Of a stretch of 64,000 nt of DNA, positions 57,844 to 64,000 are shown piece after piece. Every line of letters starts with the position of its first letter. The stretch's first letter is position 1. Below the pieces are notes generated by a model. It was not told where the DNA came from, searched no databases, and saw only the letters and a list, made by a program, of their open reading frames with translations. This stretch comes from Candidatus Latescibacterota bacterium (GTDB taxonomy: Bacteria > Latescibacterota > UBA2968 > GCA-2709665), in contig OZ244937.1 of NCBI GenBank assembly GCA_965222075.1, positions 2,176,001 to 2,240,000 on the forward strand, read 5' to 3'. The position numbers and the translations under genes are program-made.

Positions 57844-59070
57844 CTAATCGTGTGCCTTCATCGCCTCCGCCGGCGTCAGCCTTGCGGCAAACACCGCCGG
57901 ATAGATCCCGGCGATCAGGGTAAACAGAAAGACGACGAGCGGGAACACGACGAACTGCTCCACCTGCAGAACCGGGTAGATCAGTTCCCGAATGGTCATC
58001 TCCGCAAACTCGATCCCCACATAATCGATCCCGGACAGGGAAAAGGCATAGGTAACCCCGAATCCGATCGCGCTCCCGACCAGAATACTCAGGATCGAAA
58101 GCGCGCCCGCCTCAAAGAGGATCATCAGCGCCATCCGGAAGGGCCGCGTCCCCACCGCGCGCAGCACACCGAACTCGAACATCCGTTCGTAAAGCGACAT
58201 AAACAGCGTATTCATAATGCCCAGCGACACCACGGAAAAAAGAATAACCGCCATGATAAAGGAGGAATACTGCGACATCTGCACGACCTTATCCAGTTGT
58301 GGCATCAGCGCCTTCCAGCCTAAGGCCTTATTTCCATCCTGTGAATAGCGCGACCAGAAATCCGATTCGGTGTCCCCGGACAGCCGGAGGTCGTCGAACT
58401 GCAGCGCGACCTCATGCACCCCACCTGCCAGTCCCAGCAGCGCCTGTGACGTCTTCAAATGGATAAACCCCACTCCGCTGTCCATCTCCCGGACATTGAA
58501 GCGAAAAACCCCCCCAATCCGGAACATCTCCTGTGCCAGCTCGCCCGTCTCCGCCTCCGCAACCGTCACCACTACCCGGTCGCCCGGCGCCACCTCCAGC
58601 GTCTCCGCCAGCTTCTCCCCGATCAGCATCTTTCGCAGCCCCCCCGCACTGAGGTAGGCCCCCTTCACCAGCGCCTCATCCAGTTTGGAAATCTCCTTCT
58701 CAAGCTGGGGGTCGATGCCATAAAGCAGGACAGAACTGGCATTTGCAGGCGATGCAAGCATCCCAAAGGCCTGCGTTCGAGGGGAGAACCTTTTCACCGC
58801 CTGTTCTCCCCTCAGCCGCTCCAGCAGTCGGGAGAGGTTGTTCACCGTCTTTTCCACCTCAAGCGTACTCCGGAACCCCTCCGAATGGATCTGCCCCTGG
58901 CCCAGAAACGTATCGGTTGCCGTCCGGATCATACTCTCGATCATGCCGATCATCATCGCATCCGTAAAAATCAGCGCCGCCAGGCCGATCCCGATGGCCA
59001 AACTCGCCAGCACCGTCCGCCTGATATTCCGAAAGATATTCCGCCACGCGATTTTAAACAGGAATAGCAT
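57844..59070 (-). CDS. ABC transporter permease (FtsX/LolE-like)
   Basis: IAWRNIFRN.RRT, ER..EFGVLRAVG, YPA..AARL.P. Confidence 0.92.
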   Translation of the reverse strand: MLFLFKIAWRNIFRNIRRTVLASLAIGIGLAALIFTDAMMIGMIESMIRTATDTFLGQGQIHSEGFRSTLEVEKTVNNLSRLLERLRGEQAVKRFSPRTQAFGMLASPANASSVLLYGIDPQLEKEISKLDEALVKGAYLSAGGLRKMLIGEKLAETLEVAPGDRVVVTVAEAETGELAQEMFRIGGVFRFNVREMDSGVGFIHLKTSQALLGLAGGVHEVALQFDDLRLSGDTESDFWSRYSQDGNKALGWKALMPQLDKVVQMSQYSSFIMAVILFSVVSLGIMNTLFMSLYERMFEFGVLRAVGTRPFRMALMILFEAGALSILSILVGSAIGFGVTYAFSLSGIDYVGIEFAEMTIRELIYPVLQVEQFVVFPLVVFLFTLIAGIYPAVFAARLTPAEAMKAHD

Positions 59071-59142
59071 CTCGTCTCCTCTCTTCCCAACCCCACCTCG
59101 ATCGCGAGTCACAAGTCACGAGTCCCCCCCTCGCTTTTGACT

Positions 59143-60357
59143 TTAATAACTCCGCATCGCCTTCACCGGCGTCACCCTCGCCGCGCGTAGCGCCGGAAAA
59201 ACGCTCACGACCACCGCCGTACCGATGGTGATCGCCGTCGGAATCCAGAACACCTGAAACGAGACCTTGCCCACCAGCCGGTCGAGCATGAAGCCGCCGT
59301 ACTCAATCGGTATAGGATACACGATTCCGTATATTGAAAGCAGATAATTTCCAGCCAGACTGGCCGCCCCCCCCAGCAGAATGCTCAAAACGGACAGGTA
59401 GGCCGTTTCCAGGACGATCAGCTTAAACACATCCTCCGGCCGTGTGCCCAAGGCCCGCAGCACCCCAAACTCACGCGTCCGCTCCAAGATCGTCATCAGC
59501 ACCGTATTGAGCACCCCGATGCCTACAATCACCATAATAATACCCAGAGAGATCCACATCCCCTTAACGTCGGCCCGCATCGCCTGATAGAACGCCGCCT
59601 CAACCACCTGCCAGGGGGCAACATCCAGCGACGGGTCATCCAGCGCACCCCGCACCACCTCTGCCATGGAGGCCGACTTCGTGTGATCCGTCAAAATCAC
59701 GGCGAGCTCATGCACACGGCCGTCCAGCGCCAGGAACGCCTGCGCGGCCTCTATATGCATATAACAGGTTATCCGCTCACGAACATCGTTCGAGTCGCCT
59801 ACGGTTCCGACGACCCGGAACAGATCGTTGGCAATCGACCCGTCCGCGGCCTGTCCGATCAGCACGATCTCATCGCCCACCTGCGCCTTCAAAACGACCG
59901 CAAGCCCGTGGCCCAGCATCACCTCTCCCGACGGTTGTTCGGACAGAAACCGTCCCGCGCTTACTTTGCCCTTCAGTCGAGTGGCGCTGGCCTCCCGGAA
60001 CGGATGCACGCCCACAACCTGTGCCCCCGCCGTCTTTTTCCCCGCAGCGGCCAGTGTCGGTGAAAAAACCCGGGGCGCCCACGCCTCCACACCGGGCAGC
60101 GAGGCGATCCGCTCACCCAGAAGGTCCAGATCCTCAAGCGTTTTGTAAAGCGACGGCTTGTCCAGATAGCCCTCTTTATGCACCTGGATGTGGCCGGTAC
60201 GGTCCCGTGTAAACATATCGATCAGATTCGAATAGGTCCCCTCCGAGATCCCCAGAGACAGGGAGCAGAACAGAAACCCTCCCGCCATCGTCAGCGCCGT
60301 CAAAAGCGACCGCCGCCTCTGCCGAAACAAATTCCGAAACGCGATCTTTGAAACCAT
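59143..60357 (-). CDS. ABC transporter permease (FtsX/LolE-like)
   Basis: AFRNLFRQRRR, ERTREFGVLRALG, PALRAARV.P. Confidence 0.92.
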   Translation of the reverse strand: MVSKIAFRNLFRQRRRSLLTALTMAGGFLFCSLSLGISEGTYSNLIDMFTRDRTGHIQVHKEGYLDKPSLYKTLEDLDLLGERIASLPGVEAWAPRVFSPTLAAAGKKTAGAQVVGVHPFREASATRLKGKVSAGRFLSEQPSGEVMLGHGLAVVLKAQVGDEIVLIGQAADGSIANDLFRVVGTVGDSNDVRERITCYMHIEAAQAFLALDGRVHELAVILTDHTKSASMAEVVRGALDDPSLDVAPWQVVEAAFYQAMRADVKGMWISLGIIMVIVGIGVLNTVLMTILERTREFGVLRALGTRPEDVFKLIVLETAYLSVLSILLGGAASLAGNYLLSIYGIVYPIPIEYGGFMLDRLVGKVSFQVFWIPTAITIGTAVVVSVFPALRAARVTPVKAMRSY

Positions 60358-60424
60358 GATTATTTAATTTGACCCCGTTTTTGCCTTTCTCCGCGTCCTC
60401 TGCGTCTCTGCGGTGGGTGATCCC

Positions 60425-61195
60425 TTACCGCCGCTTCCGGAGGTTTCGCAATGTAAAAACTCCCTTCTCCAGCCTCTGATCGAACCGGGCGTCTATGTAT
60501 CGGATCACCGTCCGGTGACCCTCCTTGTTCAGCGGCGTCATCTCCATCACCGCCGGCAGGGTCCGCCCGCCAAATGCCCGCACCTCCCGGAACACCATCT
60601 CCCGCATCCGGTTGCCCTTCTCATCGTAAAAATCCTCCCGGACGGGAATGAGGTCCACCTTCCGAACCGTAAAGACGATCTTACCCCACACCGTCGCTGT
60701 CTCGATCCTGGGCGTAAGCACGATTTCATACACATCGTCCCGCTCCGGCTCCCCCAACGCGGGGTCATAGTCCTCTGTGTACGAACTCTCCTTCACAAGA
60801 TCGTCGTTGGTAAAATCCGACCCCATCCAGGACCCCATCATCATAGAAGGCGGCACCTTCATCACCTTGTTGATCTTCGGAAAATAGTTCCACATCTCCG
60901 TCCCCTTGCGCAGCGTCGCAATGCCCGCGTCCTTCTTGGGAGAGGTGATGGTAATAAAGGTCCTGTCCATTCCCTCCGTCCACATCCGCATCTTCAGCGT
61001 CCGCTCCCAATTGGGCGTCACAATGTCCATCTCCACCTCGGCATAACTCGTCTCGGCCCGATAGAGCTTATCCACCCGCTCAACAATCTCATGTATATCC
61101 GGCGTTTCCTCCTCGGCCCCGGAGGGATGGAAACCGATCAAAACGCCCAAACAGGCAGACAGAAGCAAAATGGTAAAACAGGACATCATTTTCAC
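60425..61195 (-). CDS. outer membrane lipoprotein-sorting protein (LolA-like fold)
   Basis: MWNYFP, SWMGSDFTNDD, FTLRNL; signal peptide. Confidence 0.88.
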   Translation of the reverse strand: MKMMSCFTILLLSACLGVLIGFHPSGAEEETPDIHEIVERVDKLYRAETSYAEVEMDIVTPNWERTLKMRMWTEGMDRTFITITSPKKDAGIATLRKGTEMWNYFPKINKVMKVPPSMMMGSWMGSDFTNDDLVKESSYTEDYDPALGEPERDDVYEIVLTPRIETATVWGKIVFTVRKVDLIPVREDFYDEKGNRMREMVFREVRAFGGRTLPAVMEMTPLNKEGHRTVIRYIDARFDQRLEKGVFTLRNLRKRR

Positions 61196-61204
61196 CTTTG
61201 CACC

Positions 61205-61954
61205 CTACCTCCTCCAGAACGGACTCGCGGCCTCTGAAAACGTCACCCGCCCGAAATCGTTCGGCGAGTGAAACTGGGGCTCCTCCGTCCCGCTTGCAGA
61301 CCACTGGCTGTACTGCGGATTGGTCTTACCGCCGCACCGGTTGAGCCCCAGGCGCCAGACGTCCCCAGGCACCGGGGGCGCGTGTTTGGCCGCCCCGGCA
61401 AAATTTCGAAATGGAATTGCCACCTCCAGGATCCAGTACTCGTCGGTATCGCTGTCGTCGTTCAGCGTTCCCACAATCGACGTGGCAATCCGGATGTCCT
61501 CCCCATTCCACTCTTCCTTCACCGGCACCCCCGGTCCTTCGGGGTGGAACTGATCCAGAAAAATTCCCAGCACATTCATTTCAATATTGAAATACGAACG
61601 GGGTCGATCCGGATCTGGCGCGGTGAACACCTCCACGCAGTCGTCCCGGGATACGGGGTCGTCGCGCTGCGTATACTCCGCCCAGATGTAGGCGTCCTCA
61701 CAGACAAAGGAAACATAAAGATTCTCATCGTCCCACAGCAGCTTGGCCACCGTCTGCTCCTTCTTTCCCTCCGTCCACCAGGGAAAAACAAACGCCCCCA
61801 CATCCGGCGCTGCCGACCAGCAAGGCTCGTCCAGCCGTCCATCGATCGTAATCGGCGTCCCCGCCCGGTAGATCGTATACTCACCTGCAGAAGCAGGAGA
61901 AACCAGCGCACAAACAAAAGCGACTGCAGCAAGACAAAGCATCAAATACGCCAT
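61205..61954 (-). CDS. secreted carbohydrate-binding family 9-like protein
   Basis: IDGRLDE..W, LLWDDENLYV, DDCVEVF, W.LE.AIP, FH.P..FG. Confidence 0.85.
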   Translation of the reverse strand: MAYLMLCLAAVAFVCALVSPASAGEYTIYRAGTPITIDGRLDEPCWSAAPDVGAFVFPWWTEGKKEQTVAKLLWDDENLYVSFVCEDAYIWAEYTQRDDPVSRDDCVEVFTAPDPDRPRSYFNIEMNVLGIFLDQFHPEGPGVPVKEEWNGEDIRIATSIVGTLNDDSDTDEYWILEVAIPFRNFAGAAKHAPPVPGDVWRLGLNRCGGKTNPQYSQWSASGTEEPQFHSPNDFGRVTFSEAASPFWRR

Positions 61955-62013
61955 CGCACGTCTCCTCAACTTAAGAAGCTGTCTTAAAACCTCCATCGGA
62001 ACCTGAAACTTTC

Positions 62014-62784
62014 TCACCCTTCACACAAAGACCGCAAAAACTTCGCATCCGCCCTGAGCGCCTCCTCGGGATTCTCCTCCCGGACGAACTCCACCTCTAA
62101 GTACCCGTCAAAACCGGCCTCTTTTAGTTTGGCCACAACGGCGGAATAATCGACAAACCCTTCGGCGATCAGACTGCGCCCGCTGCTGCCCACCTCTGTA
62201 TAATTCTGCGCATGCACCGTCGTCACATGCCCTGCAACCTTCCCCACCTCTTCCAGCACCCGCCCCGGATCGTGGGTGTACATGGGCTGAAAATTGAGCC
62301 GGAAATTGGGCCGGTCCACGCCCTCTAAGAGCCGGAGGCAGCCCTGGGCGGTATCGGAGAGGTAGCCGTTGTGCATTTCCACGGCCAGGGTCGCCCCCTG
62401 CTCACCGGCCCGATCCGAAAACGTCCGAAACCCCGAAATGGCGGTCTCCCATTCGCCCTCACCCGCCTCGGCCGAACCGTTCTGCCCGGCCCAGATGCGG
62501 ATCTTGTCCGTCCCCAGATCCCGGACGATCTTCAGCGCATCCTCCATCTCCTGAGCAAACGCCTCGGAAGTCGGATTGGCATAGGAACCGTACTGAGAGA
62601 CCTCCAGCCCACGTTTCCGGATGGCCGCCGAGGCCCGTCGAGCATAGTCCGCATCGTAGACGGCCGGCATATGGTCGGGCTTCCCCCACGGCTCCACCCC
62701 ATCAAAGCCGGCCTGCACAGCCAGATCCAGGGCGGCCTCGAAAGGGCGGTCTTGAAACGCAATTGTGCAAAGCGCGATTTTCAT
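62014..62784 (-). CDS. sugar phosphate isomerase/epimerase
   Basis: GFDGVE.W, IRIWAG, AVEMH, GFDGYLEVEF. Confidence 0.88.
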   Translation of the reverse strand: MKIALCTIAFQDRPFEAALDLAVQAGFDGVEPWGKPDHMPAVYDADYARRASAAIRKRGLEVSQYGSYANPTSEAFAQEMEDALKIVRDLGTDKIRIWAGQNGSAEAGEGEWETAISGFRTFSDRAGEQGATLAVEMHNGYLSDTAQGCLRLLEGVDRPNFRLNFQPMYTHDPGRVLEEVGKVAGHVTTVHAQNYTEVGSSGRSLIAEGFVDYSAVVAKLKEAGFDGYLEVEFVREENPEEALRADAKFLRSLCEG

Positions 62785-62903
62785 GGCAAGCCTCTCTTTC
62801 TTTGAAAACGGCAAACAACAGTTGCTTTTTTCCACATTGCTCACGACCAATAATAGGGCTACGCTTGACAAATGTCAACGACGAACCCGGGAGCCAATCG
62901 AGT

Positions 62904-62939
62904 TTGCTTGAAAGTGGGACGGATCTGCGTTATATTCAA
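62904..62939 (+). pseudogene. 36-bp tyrosine recombinase fragment
   Basis: LLESGTDLRYIQ matches box II of XerD/IntI-like integrases; the flanking catalytic motifs are absent. Confidence 0.5.
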
Positions 62940-63035
62940 AGGAGCTATACAGGTCTGTATAATTCAAGCGGAGGAGAAAATGCGTATGAATCCGTCCGTT
63001 GTGATACTCGGTTTGATTTCACAGGAGAGAAAGCC

Positions 63036-63989
63036 ATGGCGGTGAACAACACGAAAAAGACCCCCGACTGGGTGTGTGTGACCCGCAAGGCGGCGTGGCA
63101 AGCGCGGGATTCACAGGGCGAGTTCGTGTACGACGACCACCTGTGGATCCTGGGCGGGTGGTTCACGCCTCAAACGCCCAATCCACGCGATGTCTGGAAA
63201 TCGCCTGACGGCAAGCGGTGGACGTGCACCGTGGAGGTTGCGCCATGGGAGTACAGCGATCTGCCGGCGACGATGGTGTTCAAGGCCAAGATGTGGATTA
63301 TGGGCGGGCGAAAACTGCCCGGCGCCAAGAACTGCAACGAGGTTTGGTCCTCCACCGATGGGGCCAGGTGGACCCTGGAGACGGACAACGCCGGCTGGTG
63401 CCCGCGGGTATCGCCTTCGTTTGTGGTGTTCAAGGACAGGATGTGGATTATGGGCGGGACCGAAAACTTCTACGATGATAACGACGAGACGCTCAAGAAC
63501 GACGTCTGGTCCTCGGCCGATGGCAAGGCGTGGAAACCGGAGATTCAGAACGCGGGCTGGTCGAAGCGGACGCATGCTCAAGCTGTGGTGTTCGACAACA
63601 AGATCTGGATCATGGGCGGCGGACACTGGCACCCGGAAACCATCCCGGTCAACGATGTGTGGTGCTCCCAAGACGGGGTGAACTGGACACAGGTGACGGA
63701 TGCCGCGCCGTGGAAGCCGCGAATGTGGTTCTCATTGGTCGTCTACCGCGACCGGATGTGGGTCCTGGGTGGGTGGTCAAAGGTGGACGGGAATTTCGGG
63801 GATGTCTGGTATTCGAAGGACGGCGTGAACTGGGCGGAGTTGAAGTCTGACGTGATCTGGACGAAGCGCCACGAGCATTCGGCCTATGTGTTCCAGGACA
63901 AGATCTGGGTGGCCGGCGGTCATGCCGAGCCCCTCAACAGCGAGGTCTGGTCCCTGGAGATTCCGGAGACGTGGTTTGGTGATACGTAA
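63036..63989 (+). CDS. Kelch-like beta-propeller protein
   Basis: Six W..R.....VF..K.W..GG...NDVW.S.DG..W repeats; AGGAG RBS. Confidence 0.85.
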   Translation: MAVNNTKKTPDWVCVTRKAAWQARDSQGEFVYDDHLWILGGWFTPQTPNPRDVWKSPDGKRWTCTVEVAPWEYSDLPATMVFKAKMWIMGGRKLPGAKNCNEVWSSTDGARWTLETDNAGWCPRVSPSFVVFKDRMWIMGGTENFYDDNDETLKNDVWSSADGKAWKPEIQNAGWSKRTHAQAVVFDNKIWIMGGGHWHPETIPVNDVWCSQDGVNWTQVTDAAPWKPRMWFSLVVYRDRMWVLGGWSKVDGNFGDVWYSKDGVNWAELKSDVIWTKRHEHSAYVFQDKIWVAGGHAEPLNSEVWSLEIPETWFGDT

Positions 63990-64000
63990 TATTGGCAGGT

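Noticed and set aside
62763-63035. N-terminal extension of the Kelch ORF as an integrase-Kelch fusion
   Set aside because: A good RBS and ATG lie at 63036; the extension overlaps the divergent gene start and holds only 12 integrase-like codons

Overview
GC-rich (by eye) bacterial chromosome segment, probably from a diderm FCB-affiliated lineage such as Latescibacterota (inference from gene content only). Most of the window is catabolic and housekeeping: peptidases, sugar-phosphate isomerases, Gfo/Idh/MocA oxidoreductases, a MaoC/CitE/CoA-transferase cluster, a Dpp-type ABC transporter, a LolCDE/MacB-like ABC cluster, dapL and rplM-rpsI-rpsB-tsf-frr, which lacks pyrH at its usual position. Three things stand out. 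(1) An ~11 kb defence island (11.5-22.45 kb) with two ~1.77 kb DUF262-DUF1524 repeats around a Type III Res gene whose Mod survives only as 3' stubs. It also carries a patchwork of TA modules in which the BrnT, HEPN and HicA toxins are cut away while the antitoxins remain, plus attC-like sites and a MITE-like element. (2) A ~260 nt unit upstream of rplM with its own promoter and terminator, three long hairpins, a 17-nt complement to the consensus 16S rRNA 3' end and an 11-codon ORF. (3) An NHL protein, a giant SprA-like barrel and an Omp85 protein in one operon. Several genes are reduced to fused N- and C-termini. I saw no tRNA, rRNA, CRISPR array or intact integrase/transposase. All family calls come from motif recognition by eye, not database searches.
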